The notes beneath the pieces are model-generated. The model was given only the letters and a program-made list of their open reading frames with translations. It had not been told where the DNA came from and searched no databases. Shown piece by piece: positions 24,741 to 38,168 of a stretch of DNA of 64,000 bases. Source of the stretch: Chiloscyllium plagiosum (taxonomy: Eukaryota); assembly GCF_004010195.1 (NCBI RefSeq), contig NC_057749.1, positions 20,970,373-21,034,372 of the forward strand, given 5' to 3'. The first letter of the stretch is position 1. Every line of letters starts with the position of its first letter. Made by a program: the position numbers and the translations under genes.

Positions 24741-25691
24741 TAATATTGATAAGTTAGCTCTTGGTTAAACATTTAATTTACAACGTGAGTGGGAAGAGCT
24801 AATGAGTTGCTGTGGCAGAGGAGGAGTGAACGCTCACCACGTCCAGGGAGAAATGGTGCTCACAAACTGACTGACATTGGTAAAAAGCCACTCCACATGG
24901 CAGTCCAGACCAGCTGAGTGCTGAACTTTGGCCCCTCAGTGTGTTGGGACTTCTTGTCCTTCAGAGCTGTTGACCAATCAGGGCTGGGGAGAGGAGGTGG
25001 CAATTTCATGAGGCTGGCACAACACTCGTGGGAATTCTGAAGAAGAGTCTTACTAGAATCAAAACATTAATACTGTTTTCCTCTCTATGGATGCTGTCAG
25101 ACGTGCTGAGGTTCTCCAGCACTGTCTGTTTTGATTTCAGATTTCCACCTTCTGTGTTGTTTTACCTTGACACAATCTTCTCCCATGAAGAAGGGCTTAT
25201 GCCTGAAACGTCGATTCTCCTGTTCCCTGGATGCTGCCTGACCTGCTGCGCTTTTCCAGCAACAGATTTCCAGCTCTGATCTCCAGCATCTGCAGACCTC
25301 ACTTTCTCCACAATCTTCTCCCATGTCTTGACTCTCCACTATTTGCAGGGTGTGTTTTGTTTCTTCCACAGTCACAAAACATGGCACTCCCTGAATCTTG
25401 TGACTGCCTGTCAAGTCGTGATTGCGTTCTCCCATTGTCATTTTCAGACCTGTTTCAATTTATTGACTGTGCAGTTAACAGGTACTTTGGGATTTCATAC
25501 CTGCTCCCATTTGTAATCAAGCGAATGCAATTAATCTCAGTTAGAGAGGTCAGCTCAAACCTTGTCAAACTTGCTCAAACATTTTCATTTTACACACAGA
25601 CGTGACAGGCAAATTGTCATTGGTATTCATCGGCTCTTCCAACTCACGCTGCAAATTAAATGTTTAACTAAGAGCTAATTTATCAATATTA
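24741..25691. repeat. ~65-bp inverted repeats bounding about 950 bp (candidate non-autonomous DNA transposon)
   Basis: taatattgataagttagctcttggttaaacatttaattt..(24741-24806) versus its reverse complement at 25625-25691. Confidence 0.55.
25188..25308 (+). mobile_element. Solo PLE pLTR with 17-bp TSD
   Basis: cacaatcttctcccatg at 25171-25187 and 25309-25325. Confidence 0.85.
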
Positions 25692-26364
25692 AAGCCTCAT
25701 TCTTTATCCTTTGTTTTGTCTTCCCCATTGACCTCACCAATGCCCTAGGCCTCCCTTACTCTGCAACTTGCTAAAGCTCAGATTTCATATTTTCCAATCT
25801 GCTCACAGAATAGTCTCTGAGTCACATTCCTACAGAGACCACCAGCTCATCCGGGTATGTTCCTTACTGCCTGCCTCTTACACAATCCGATTATAACCGA
25901 TTACACCAACACTGCACCTCAGTGACAAAGCCAGCGTTGCTTTCTTAGAGGGTGAGTTGGGGTGGGGGGGGGGGAGCAGTGGTAATGGACGACAGGGAAA
26001 TGACAGAGGCTTTGAACAAATATTGTGTGGTCCATCCTCACAATGGAAGAAACAAAACACATCCTGTGAACAACAGAAATTCAAGAGGCAAGAGGGAGGG
26101 AGCAAAGCCCATGAGACATAGAAGCAGCAGTAGACCATTCAGCCCATCAGGTCTGCCCTGCCAGTCAATGAGGTCATGGCTGGTCTGAACACTCTCAACT
26201 CTATTTTCCAGCCTTTTTCCCATAATCCTTCATTCCCTTCCTGATTAAAAATCTACCTCAGCCTTGAACATACACGATATGGAGATATCGGTGTTGGACT
26301 GGGGTGGACAAAGTTAAAAATCACACAATACCAGGTTATAGTCCAATAGGTTTAATTGGAAGCA

Positions 26365-26399
26365 CGCTAGCTTTCGGAGCACTGCTCCTTCATCAGGTG
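26365..26399 (-). ncRNA. Minimal hammerhead ribozyme motif, opposite-strand copy
   Basis: Reverse complement cac-CTGATGA-a-GGAGC-agt-GCTCC-GAAA-GCTA-gcg. Confidence 0.7.
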
Positions 26400-26450
26400 A
26401 TTGTGGAGTATAAGATTTTGCTATAAATTCTGTGTCCTATACTCCACAAC

Positions 26451-26485
26451 CACCTGATGAAGGAGCAGCGCTCCGAAAGCTAGTG
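26451..26485 (+). ncRNA. Intact minimal type I hammerhead ribozyme motif
   Basis: cac-CTGATGA-a-GGAGC-agc-GCTCC-GAAA-GCTA-gtg: stem I cac/gtg, palindromic AGCT stem III, predicted cleavage after CUA (26482). Confidence 0.8.
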
Positions 26486-27507
26486 TTTCCAAATAAACCT
26501 GTTGGACTATAACCTGGTGTTGTGTGATTTTTAACATTGAACATACAGAATGACCCAGCCTCTGTTCCACAGATTCACTCCCCCACTGAGAGGAGGAATT
26601 GCTCTCCATCTTCGTCTGAGATGCTGCCCTCGGGTCCCAGATTCTCCCACAAGTGAAGACAACCTTTCTGCAGCTACCCTTCAAGTGTTCTCCAAATCTT
26701 GTATGTTTCAATAAGGTCTTCACTCACACTTCTAAACTCCAATCACAACTCAGAACAGAGACAACCGGGGGGAGAAAAAGGAGTGGGACTGAGGCTAGCA
26801 CCATGGTTGTTGAGAAGGGTGTTTCAAGATTGTTTAACAGTAATGCTATCCTCATTTTGCTGGGTCACTAAACTGATTATTTATTCCCTCAGGACATTAG
26901 AAAGAGTTAATCATTGCTCCCAGTGCATATGATCCAGTGGATAGGAGCAGGATAACTATTTGTTTTTTCCTCGGTCACTAACATTTTCACCACTTTAACC
27001 TCTGACATGTGAAAGTAAACTACCAGAGTTATGAACTTATCTGAAGTACCGTGTGCTTTCAAATTATTCCCGTTGACGGACATGTAGTGCGTGGTATAAA
27101 ATTCCTCTGTGCTGAATTGAGATATATTTGAAACCAACATGTCCAAGAGCCCAAAAACCATTTCGAGTAAATGCTAAATCATTTCTCTTCCAAATATGTC
27201 TGAGAGTAATTTCAGAACTGTGGAAACCTATTGGTCCGCGGTTTGTGAGATTGTGACAGTGAAAATCTGCTTTGATTCCATAATGTGTGAATCATCTGCA
27301 CATTAAACGCAAGGGAATCTCTCCCTCAGTTTCCCCTTTTGTTTATAATTCCCATTCCTCCCCAGATCGGTCCCTCTCCTTAGCTGGAATTTAGATACAA
27401 ACTAATCCCCCTTTTCCACATTCTAGGGAAGAGCTAAGAGGGCTTGGCCTGTTTCTCATGACCATCTGAATGGTTTTACTGGACAGATGCAGAGAGCTGT
27501 CATGAAT

Positions 27508-27810
27508 TATAGAATCCCTTCAGTGTTGGGGCAGGCCATTCAGCATTGGGGCAGGCCATTCAGCCCATCGAATCCACACTAACCATCTGAAGAGCATCCC
27601 ACCCCATCTCGGTAACCTTACATTTCCTTCCCATGGCTGATCCACCTAGCCTGCACTCTATGGCAATTTAGCACGGGCAATCCACCTGATCTACACACCT
27701 TTAGACTGTGGGAGGAAATCCACGCAGACGCGGGAAGAACTGCAAAGTCGCCTGAGGCAGGAAACGAATCCGCTTCCCTGGTGCTGTGAGGCGGCCATTG
27801 TGCTGTCCAC
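27508..27810 (-). mobile_element. HE1-like SINE, decayed
   Basis: gactgtgggaggaaa..cacgcagac core. Confidence 0.7.
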
Positions 27811-29865
27811 AGACTGACTTGAGGCGAACACCAATAAGTCATGTTACAGTTGGATCCCTTTTTACCCCAATGGTTTTGCTTTCTATGAATATTGTTGCAA
27901 AAATAACTGTGTTCCTCTCGCTGCACTCCATGATGTATTGAACAGTAAATTCTGGGTTTTGCACAGGGAGCACATGCTGGGAGTCTGAGGCTGCTCTAAA
28001 CCAGACTTCTGGTGAGTGCATTCCTCAATGGCCAACACTGGCTGACTATCTACTCCACCGGCACTGGGCAGTGACTGACTTGAAGCAAGAATACAGCCTC
28101 ACCTCACAGCACCAGCACAACGGGTGTCCAGAAAAATCTGACCACTAACACCAACAAGTCACATTGTTATAGCACTTTCAGAGGATTAAAGCATTTCAAG
28201 CTGCTTCTCAGAATATAAATTTGTCACTGAGTTGCATGGAGCGATATGGGAATTTTAAAACTTAGGCTTTAAAAGACAGGGAGGAAAAGTGGTGGAAGGC
28301 TTTAGGGAAGGAATTTCAAAGCATCTGGCCCAGGCATGGCTGTCAGTGATGGAGCCATTACAGCTGAGAATACAACCAGTTAGCTACTTAAGAGGCCAGA
28401 GTCAGAGGAACATGGAGATCTCTGTGGGAGTGCAGTGGGGCTGGAGGAGATTACATAGATGGAGGAAGGGATGAGGATATGCAGAGGCTAGAATACAAGG
28501 ATGGAAACCAAATGCAAAGGTGGAAATAAAGGAGGTGGTTACCACATCTACGCGTGGCATCTAAACAGATCACCGAAGTCAGACGCCAAGGATTCCTGCT
28601 GGAATTCCCTCTCTAAGGGCATTGTGGGTCAACCTACAGCACATGGACTGCAGCAGTTCAAGAAGACAGCTCACTACCACCTTTTCATGGGGCAACTGGG
28701 GATGGGCAATAAGTACAGGCCCAGCCCATGATGCCCACATCCCATAAATGAATAAAATAAGGCAAAAGGGTAATGTGCCCGACATGAGAAGTTTCAATTC
28801 CTCACTCATGATGAATTGAAACTCTCAGGATTTTTAACTCCGTTGTGCAATGCCTGGATCTCTGGTCATGAGAATAGCTGATGTCAAATATAGGTCACCA
28901 TGCACTGACAGACCGAGTTGATCAGGACTTGTGCATTTACAGGTTCTCTGATGTTTTAAAAGAACAACAAAAGCATCTCTGGTGAAGTGTTTGGGCTGAG
29001 GGGGCGGAAAGCTTTACAAAGGTTGGGTGTAGTCAACTTGACAAGTTTATCACGGGCGGAAAATGTGGTGCAGGCCAATACTTGACCAACATTGTCCTTT
29101 CACTAAGAGGGCCATATTTCCCTCAGAGAAAACATGTAGCTGAGCTGCTTTCTGTTACTGTTCCTTGTTGATAAAACATGGTGGCACATCGAGGTTTCCT
29201 CCCTCAGGCTCCTTCTTCCTGAATTCTTCAATGAGGGTTCCTCAGGTGGTATCTGTTGTGATGCTACAGGCTACTGAGTGACCAATTACTACTTCCCCAT
29301 TGAGAAGTTCAGTACTGGACTGAACTAAATTCTCACAAATCCCCTGTTGCCTGGCATGGATGGGGTTTGGGTGTATTAGAAACACCCCAAAGAAACACAA
29401 CACAGTCCACTCTGGTGTTCTTTGAGTAAAACATTAAAAGTCCTGCATAAGCTCATTGTGATTCTGAGCCTTTCCCTGTTTGCCACGTTTTCTTTCTCTG
29501 TTTCAAAGTCGAAACAAGACATTTTCACTTTAGTCGTCGTGGCAACATAACGGATTAATGTCTGAAAGATTTTGGATATAATGTGCTTACAAATTCAATC
29601 AGCTTGAGATTGTAATGGGACCGATGTGAGGGAGGATGATAACAACACTAACCATTTTGTGTCATTTTCTTTGTTATATTATGGTGGAAGCACTGTTATT
29701 CTGAAAGTATTATTTCTTCATTTTTCTAATTTATCACCACGATTTTGTACTTCCGAATTTCTGCAATGCTGGACCTTTTTACTTGTTTTTCTAATTTTTC
29801 TTTACACTAAGAATATGTGCTTAAGATGGTACCATAATGTGGCGACTTGTAAACTTTTCACTCTG

Positions 29866-30323
29866 CAGGTGATTCTGGGATAGTGTGTGTTTTGGCAGTA
29901 CGATCCAGCTATAACATCGCTGAAGAGTTAGGGAATGGTATTTTCGAGAACTCTTAACCTCTGTTGGCAATAGTGCGATTCCAGTGGGGTGCACACTTTC
30001 TTCTGTGCTTGCGCGATGTCAGCTGCTGACAGAGCAGCTTTCAGAGAGAGGTGCAGTTCAGGGAGTAGCTTTCTTACATTTTTTAAATGTGCTGTGTTAA
30101 ACTTACTTTTGTTTCATTAATAATTATGATTTCAACCTTTATTCAGACTGTGCTATACTTTGTGTTAGACTTTTGGGTGATTTTCGAGCGATGGTGAGTG
30201 ACATTTTTTGCGGGTCTGCCCCAACCCCACTTTTCCCATAGGCCCCATTATTTCTATTAAGCAATTTGCTATTAAACAAGTTTCCGCTGGAACGCAACTA
30301 CGGCGTTATAGGAGAACTACCTG
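29866..30323. mobile_element. Tc1/mariner (Tigger-like) MITE
   Basis: Imperfect TIRs caggtgattct.. / ..agaactacctg; inserted in a Rex/Babar-like tail; related 5' end near 58803. Confidence 0.65.
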
Positions 30324-32380
30324 CACTCATGAGTACGTGTGACAATGAAGCTAATTTAATTCAATTTCGTTCAATAGTGGTATCTGGGTGAACTGCAGTG
30401 GAGCTGCTGTCTTGGAAGTCAACATGCCAAGTTCAAATCAAAGCTATCGAACCAACTGTATTAAAATGGTAAACTTTCTTTGAAGGTTTTGGCTGGTTGC
30501 ACAAGAATTCTGGATATCTCGGGACTGAATAATGGGGAGTTTACTGAGGTATACGTTTGTGATGAGGAATGATTCCACAGCACGGGTGAAATTCCCATAC
30601 TGGCTGAGGTTATTGTATAGGTCCTGCCTCTCGAACCTGCTCCTCACTTGAGGCATGGTGGCCCTCAGCTTAAACTCCCCAAAAGTTGTTTGTCTCCAAT
30701 GAGAGAGCAGCCCTCTAGGATTATAAACCCAGGAGAGCTGGCTCAGAACATCCAAAGCTCAGAACCCTCATCAAAAGCAATGGATGTGGGAAATCTTTCC
30801 AGAACCTACCAATTTGCTTTGATTCTATACTGCCTGGATTTCAATTTATTACACTTAGGGGTACATAAATTAAGTATTAATGTAACATGTAAATGAAAAC
30901 TTTACTGTGCATGAGATGCTTGTGTTTCAACTTGACACATACTCACTTCCTGTAATTTAGAATTTATGGTCCTTGCTGATCTCTAGTAGACAAGTCAAAT
31001 CCAAGAATGAAATCTGGCTTGGTAGATCAAATATTTTTAAAAGTTTAAGCTTGCGGCCTTTCATTGAAACATAAACACACACGGCTGCAAATTTGGTTTT
31101 AACAATAAAACAGATGTTTATGACCCAAAATAAATACAAATAAAACAAATTAAATTACCTACATACAGACAGTTTGAAAATTTTCCAAACACACTATAAA
31201 ACGCAATGTGACATATTCCCCAACACCATCACTTTACAGTCACTCAAAAATCCAGAGAAATCCCTGCTCTATCAAATCTGTAAATGTGACTTAACTGCTT
31301 CTTTTCAGCTTTGGTTCTGTGCACGGTTCACTTGGCTACTCACCCAATTGAGAGATTACATTTTCTCAGTCTTTTAATTATTTGCAAAGTTATAACCAAT
31401 TACCACAAACTCCCTTCTTTTACTCAGGTAAATCGTCTTCAACTGCACTTAATCTCCTTTCTCTTGGAGAGATTATACTTGCTTTGGACTCCACTCAGGT
31501 CTGCTTCAAATTGACTAACTATAAAAACATGCTCAGCCTGCACTCTGCTTGATGTGTTCTCTCTCCTGTTATAAACCCATAAGTATCAATAAACTTTCAG
31601 GAGGCACATACTGGTTTAAAAATGTGATTCCAGAAATACTGACTGAGGTAATTTTTAAACCCCTTCAGAAAAATAAATGAACACCTGTATGTTGTTCATT
31701 TAAAATTCAAACACTTCAAGAATGAGCAATATTAATATATAAAAATTGAAAACCTTTCCCTCTTTGAAAAAACACAGCCATTCCTGCTATATGGGAGTTG
31801 CCAGCAAACTTGGCAATTTTTAATATATTAACCTGTTTGGTCATGTTATGACACAAATCTGCAGCCATCACATCCCAAAGTGAGACCTGAACACAAACTT
31901 CCTAATCGAGACACGGGGTTGTTAAAGACTGGAATTCTTTTGCCCATTGCTGAGTGTTTTACTCATTCAGGGACTGAATAGGCAACACTGGCTGGATTGT
32001 ACTTTATTGGCTGCCCCTAGTTGCCCTTGGAAGGTGGTGATAAAGCGCCTTCCTGAACCGTTGGAGTTCATATGTTGTAGGCACATCCACAGTGCCAGCA
32101 GTTAAGCAGTTCCAGAGCATCAACCCAGTGACAGTGAAGAAACAATGGTGCATTGTCGAGTGATATTGGTGTGTAACGGAAGATGTTGAGACAAAGGGGT
32201 CATGAAGCGTGAAAAATATTTAGCAGGACCTCCCTGTAAACATATTCAAACAGGATCCTGAGGAAGATGCCATGAGGAGGAAGGGTTCATTCTTTTAAAT
32301 CCAAAGCTTAATTGCTATAGTTCACACTGCTGCCAGTGATCCAATCACTCTGGCAGCCCATCCCTTCGCTGCTTTGGATT

Positions 32381-32700
32381 TAGGGCAGCATGGCGGCTCA
32401 GTGGTTAGCACTGCTGCCTCACAGCACCAGGGTCCCAGGTTCGATTCCAGCCTCGGACAACTGTCTGTGTGCAGTTTGCACATTTTCCTCGTGTCTGCGT
32501 GGGCTTTCTCTGAGTGCTCCAGTTTCCTCCCACAGACCAAAGATGTGCAGGTCAGGGTGAATTGGCCATGGTAAATTGCCTATAGCATTAGGTGCATTAG
32601 TCAGAGGGAAATGAGTCTGGGTGAGTTCCTCTTCGGAGGGTTGGTGTAGACTGATTGGGCCGAAGGGTCTGTTTCTACACTGCAAGGAATCTAATCTAAA
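32381..32700 (+). mobile_element. HE1-type SINE, full length
   Basis: A/B boxes, V-domain, tail. Confidence 0.9.
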
Positions 32701-34040
32701 CTCCACTAGTGTTGCACCATACAGTGTTCAGGATGGTGGCAGGAGAATTGGATAAATCTTGGTCTTTCTGTTTTTAGGAACCACACCGTGATGTCTGCCA
32801 GCTCAGCTAAGTACGTGGAAAATATCTCATCGTTCCTGGGTGCAGGCATCACAGGTGGGGACTCAGAAATAAACTATTGTTCCTTCACTGTCACTGGGCT
32901 AACCCCTGGAATCTCTTAACTGATGGCACTGTGGATGTGCCAACAGAACATGGACTGCAGTGATTCAGGAAGACAGCTCACCATCACCTTCCCAAGGGCA
33001 ACTGGGGACAGGCAATAAGGATAGCCCATCCAGTGATGCCCCATCCCTAATTACCCAGGAGAAGGTGATGGCAGTCCGTTGAGGGGTGGGTGCATCTACA
33101 GTTGAAAGCAATTCCACGATTCTGACCCAGTGTCACTTAAGGATCAGTGATATATTTCCAAGTCAGGACGGTGACTGGTTTGGAGGGGAATTTTCAGGGG
33201 GTGTCCCTCTGGATGGTAGAGGTGGCAAGTTTCAAAAGAGACTTTGTGAGTTCCTGCACTGCAAAGATGGTAGACATTGCTGTGACTGTGTATCGCTGAC
33301 AAAATTAGGTTCTTCCAAGTTGCATCTCAGCTTCACAGTGACATGATCTGGTTAGGAGAGCACTATGGTAGCAGAGGGAGGTTGCCAGGCACCAGCAAGG
33401 TGATAAAGTCAACAAATTTGACTTGTTGATCAGATGAGCACACCTTGGATTAATCTGTGAAGTTTCACCCTGTGTAGAAGACAGAGTCATCTTCTCTGCC
33501 ACATTGCTCTAAGGGATGCCCTTACCCATAAAGAACACAGACCTGTTCCTTCGATGGCCCATTACAGCTGTACACTAACTGTATTCCCCCGACCCACACA
33601 CCCCAGTGTGCCAGGTCAAAACAACATCTTCGAACACAGCACAGAACACATGAAATAGACAAAACCAGGTAATGAAGTGATGTAATTTAATGTTCCAGTG
33701 TTACTGTAGCAAAAATAATAATATATTCTCACCTCTACATTTCCAATAATTAAATACTACATTAAAACTTAAATACAGTCTGATATCAGACTTAGTTTGC
33801 ACAGTTATTCCAAACCTCCTCCTCTCTTCAACGTCTTGACTTTAGAGAGTTGTACAGCCTCTCTCCTAACCTGGGTGATCAAACTTCACACATGCGCCTT
33901 GACAGCAGGGTATATGCTGACCGTTTGACTTTGGGAAGCTCCACATCTTGGCATCACTGGATGCAGAGGCATCTTCTGACAGCGGTCAATACGGGAGTCC
34001 CTTTCATCTTCCCTCGCGTGAGGGAGCCAAGGCCCAAGTA

Positions 34041-34059
34041 TAGCGCCCCCTGCTGTGAC
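34041..34059 (-). promoter_or_regulatory. CTCF-binding motif candidate
   Basis: Minus strand GTCACAGCAGGGGGCGCTA matches the CTCF core (CCASYAGRKGGCRS-like) in non-repetitive DNA. Confidence 0.55.
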
Positions 34060-35982
34060 GGTAGAGCAGCCTTTTGCAGCTGCTATTCCTGATCAGGGTG
34101 GTTTGTGTCACAGCATATGAACACAGGACTGCTTTATCTCCAAACGACAGCTCATATTCTGGAGAAAAAGGCGGCTGGAACCAGACTACTGCATTACAAC
34201 CTGCCTTTATATAGCACCAGAACGTAATAAAATGTTCCTAAGGCGCCTCACTAGAGTTTAATGAAGCAGATAGATTTTAACACTGAGTTACAGGAGGCAA
34301 TATCTGTGCTGTGGGGAACAGGCAGGAATGTGGAGTTGAGGATTGTCAAAGAGAAGAGGCATGGAGAGCACGTAGTTGCCAGCACCACCAGCAGTGGGCA
34401 GTGTGATGCTGCAAGGTTTCAGAGCAGTAGGATCAGACAGCTCACTGGGGAATTGCAAGGCTGGAGGAGCCAAGGGCAGGGATGATGAAGTCAGAGGAAA
34501 TCGCAGCACGATTCTTTCAAATAAAAGATAATCGTTCCAAAGGAAAGTCATCTATTTTGTCACAATTTTCTCGAAGCAGTTCAGTTAGGGAGTGGGGACT
34601 GAGAAGCGGTTAACAGGTGATGAAATAATCTCACAAATGGGAATAACGTCAGCAGCAAGGCATGAGTGTCAGCTGAAACCACCAAGGCAATTTTAAACAA
34701 ACCCAACTTGGTGGGGTCCAGGGATGTGAAGATTAGGTGGACTGGCCACGGGAAATGCAGGGTTACAGGGATAGGGTAGGTCTGGGTGGGATGTTCTATG
34801 GAGGGTCACCGTGGATTTGATGGCCTGCTTCCAGGCTGCAGCGATTCTGTGGTGGGGTGTGCAGGAGTGTCAGTCATCCACCCGATTCCCACTGCACAAT
34901 GTTTTCGTTTCCAGGCAGTTCTAACAGGATTAGACCGGGTAAATGCAGCCAGGATGGTCCCGATGACCGGGGAAGGTCAGAACGTGGGGTCACAGTCTCT
35001 GGCCATTCAGGGCTGAGATGGGGCGAAACCTCCCTGAGATGGGGGGGTGGGGGGGGGGGTGGGGGAGCTGTGGAAATTTCTGCCACAGAAAGTAGCTGAG
35101 GCCAAAATGTTGAGTGCTTTCACAAGGGAGTTAGATACAATTCTTCGGGCGAAAAGGATCAAAGGATATAGGGAGAAAGCAGGAAGAGGACAGTGAGATG
35201 GATGATCAGCCATGATCATATTAAATAGCAGATCAGGCTCAAAGGGCTGAATGGCCTACTCTTGCTCCTATTTTCTATGTTAAAGGGAATGGCTGATCTG
35301 ATTGCATTCACTTCCACCAGAGTTTTACTTTGGTGGGAGCTTTAAAGTCTGCACGAGTTATGTTGTCTTGATATTTTGCCCGGCCACACCGTTCTGTTCT
35401 CTGTAACAGAACTCTGCCAACTCTCTCCAAATTGCTTTAACCTCACAGCGATACGTTGGAACTTGGTGGGAGAGGGTGTATTTTTTTTTAAATCCACTTG
35501 TCTAGGGATGTTATTACACAGCTCAGGAGCAGGTGGGACTTGAACTCAAGTCTTCTGGCCCAGGGACACTAACACAGTGCCCCAACCTGCTTCATTCACA
35601 CTTCTCCACCGTAACCATGAGGAGAACGCTTTCTGACTCAGCACAAGAGTGCTTGTCCCAAAACAAAAAAAAAACTTTGAAAACTCAATAATTCTCTGTA
35701 ACCTTTTAAACGTTTAAGCTCCCCGATGGCACCAGCTCTTGCCCAGACAGGGCTCCAGTTACAAACAAAGAGGGGAATGAGAACTGTAAGAGAGAGCAGG
35801 GCTCCAGCCTTCCAGTAGCTGGTTAGCTTCAGAGCTTTCACCATCACCAAAAATAACATCACCATAAAAATAAACAGGGTCCAATAAAATCTAAAGCAAG
35901 ATCCCAGAGCTTGCCATGAATGTATTAGCACCCGGCCAGCCAAAGAAACAAGCCTCGCTCTTAACTTCAATCCAGGTGACAT

Positions 35983-36052
35983 CTAACACATTTCATTTCG
36001 AATACAATGCCCTTGCATCATCTTGGCCAGCACTTTGCCAATCTGGGTGCCA
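35983..36052 (-). CDS. Putative last coding exon of the uncharacterised gene (GTQIGKVLAKMMQGHCIRNEMC*)
   Basis: Acceptor tcttcctgctgatattccag; phase 2 matches the upstream exon; ends in TAG. Confidence 0.4.
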
Positions 36053-36825
36053 CTGGAATATCAGCAGGAAGATTGATGTCGCTTCGTGTTGCAGCATGAG
36101 GAGAAAAGATTTTGATTTTTCAATGAATTTTTTCAAATGACCTCCCACTCTGTACCGCACCACACAGCACCTCACTCTCAGCTGCTTGCAGAATATTATT
36201 TATAAAATGCATTTTCTCCCCTCCCCATCAGATGCACCACACTAAACACAATGCCACGTGCTGCATCTCCTGCTCTTGTCAAACCTCTTAAGGGCGACTC
36301 TGTGCCTGTAAACCCCCTGCTCTACTGACGACAGACAGGACTGCAGGGGTAAACCCAAATAACTACCACCCGAGTCACAACCCCTGGACAACCTACAACG
36401 AGGCTGAGAGGAGACTGGAGAGAGATTTCCAGCATCCTCAGCGTACTGGACATTGTGCATAGTGAGAAGCAGGTCCCACTCGTCAAGGGGATGAGGATGG
36501 GAGGGTATAGATTTAAAATGGTCTGCCAAAGAAGCGAGGGTGTTGGGAGGAAAATCCTTTTCACTCAGTAAGGGGCATGGAATGCACTGCCTGGCAGGGT
36601 GACAGAGACAGGTTCGATTGAGGCAGTCAAGAGGATAGCTACTTGGAGAGAAATAGTTTGCAAGGGTTTGGGGACTAGGCAGGAGATTGGTGACGATGCT
36701 TACCTGAAGAGCTAGTGCAGACGCATTGGACCAAATTGGCCCGTTGTGCCCTGTCAGGCCCCTGTGATTCTGCATTCCCCAGATTAAATACATTTTTGGA
36801 TAAACTGAGCACCCGATCATTACAG

Positions 36826-37445
36826 ATCCGTTCCCTCCGTGACTACCTGGTCAGGTCCACGCCCCCCCATACGACCCACCCTCCCATCCTGGCACTTTCC
36901 CCTGCCACCGCAGGAACTGTAAAACCTGTGCCCACACCTCCTCCCTCACCTCCATTCAAGGCCCTAAAGGAGCCTTCCACATCCATCAATGTTTTACTTG
37001 CACATCCACCAATATCATTTATTGTATCTGTTGCTCCCGATGTGGTCTNNNNNNNNNNNNNNNNNNNNNNNNNNNNNNNNNNNNNNNNNNNNNNNNNNNN
37101 NNNNNNNNNNNNNNNNNNNNNNNNNNNNNNNNNNNNNNNNNNNNNNNNNNNNNNNNNNNNNNNNNNNNNNNNNNNNNNNNNNNNNNNNNNNNNNNNNNNN
37201 NNNNNNNNNNNNNNNNNNNNNNNNNNNNNNNNNNNNNNNNNNNNNNNNNNNNNNNNNNNNNNTCCCCACCCCCACCCTCCTCTAGCTTATCTCTCCACGC
37301 TTCAGGCTCTCTGCCTTTATTCCTGATGAAGGGCTTTTGCCCAAAACGTCGATTTTGCCTGTCCTCGGATGCTGCCTGAATTGCTGTGCTCTTCCAGCAC
37401 CACTGATCCAGAATCTGGTTACCAGCATCTGCAGTCATTGTTTTT
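36826..37445 (+). mobile_element. 5'-truncated Penelope-like element (Zn knuckle, GIY-YIG start, pLTR) spanning a gap
   Basis: CHRRNCKTC..FTCTSTNIIYCICCSRCG; pLTR with CTGATGA at 37323; direct repeat acccgatcattacag at 36811-36825 and 37446-37460. Confidence 0.9.
37049..37262. other. Assembly gap (N run)
   Basis: N run inside the PLE. Confidence 1.
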
Positions 37446-38168
37446 ACCCGATCATTACAGTCCAGAAACTCTCGCTGATACCAGTTGGCTTTATGAGCGT
37501 GTATTATATCACCAAACTGGTGTCCCTATACATTCAAGCAGCATTAACATTTCACGGTTAAATGAAGTGACGGCAGCGTTATTAACTCTCGAGTTACAAT
37601 GACTTAGCTACATGTCACCAATTTGGTGAACTTAATGAGGGAGCTAACCATTTAGAAGCTGCAAGGATGTGGCTCAGTTATGTCCGGGCGGCAGTAAACA
37701 TTCCCGGGATGAAGTCGCCATGCTGAGCATCCCAGTCCCTTTCTGACAGACCTGACGTGGGTTTGCTGAAATCCCATCGGAGTCAGAGGGAAGGCCGATG
37801 GAGACAAATGCGAGTGAACGGACAGCACAGCCTCAAACAGCTGCCCAGCTTGTTCCAGGAACACGTCGCTGCATCTCTCATTCTCTCTCTCAGAAATGTG
37901 TCCCCGACTGGGGCACACTGCCAGTGAAGTTAACACTGAGTTCAGACCAGCTAAGGAACAGCAGTAGGCCATTCAGCCCCTCAGTGCAAATCAGTGACTC
38001 ACATTTACACTGAAATACAGACAACAGACCCAGGCACTAACCAGGAGCTGCCCAGCAGCCCCTACTGTGAATATAAGGATCTAACCCAAGTGTTATCACT
38101 ACTGCTGAGTGCATACCTACAAATGTTTAATACAGGTTGATGTGTCCACCAGAAGCTGGATGTGTTAC

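Larger units (their letters stand above)
26275..26536. mobile_element. Palindromic PLE element (second pLTR family) with an 11-bp TSD, inserted in a CR1 3' relic
   Basis: Arms at 26313-26412 and 26438-26535; TSD ttgaacataca at 26264-26274 and 26537-26547. Confidence 0.9.

Noticed and set aside
36715..37438. Long ORFs crossing N runs (also 14978-15513)
   Set aside because: Their length is inflated by assembly gaps.
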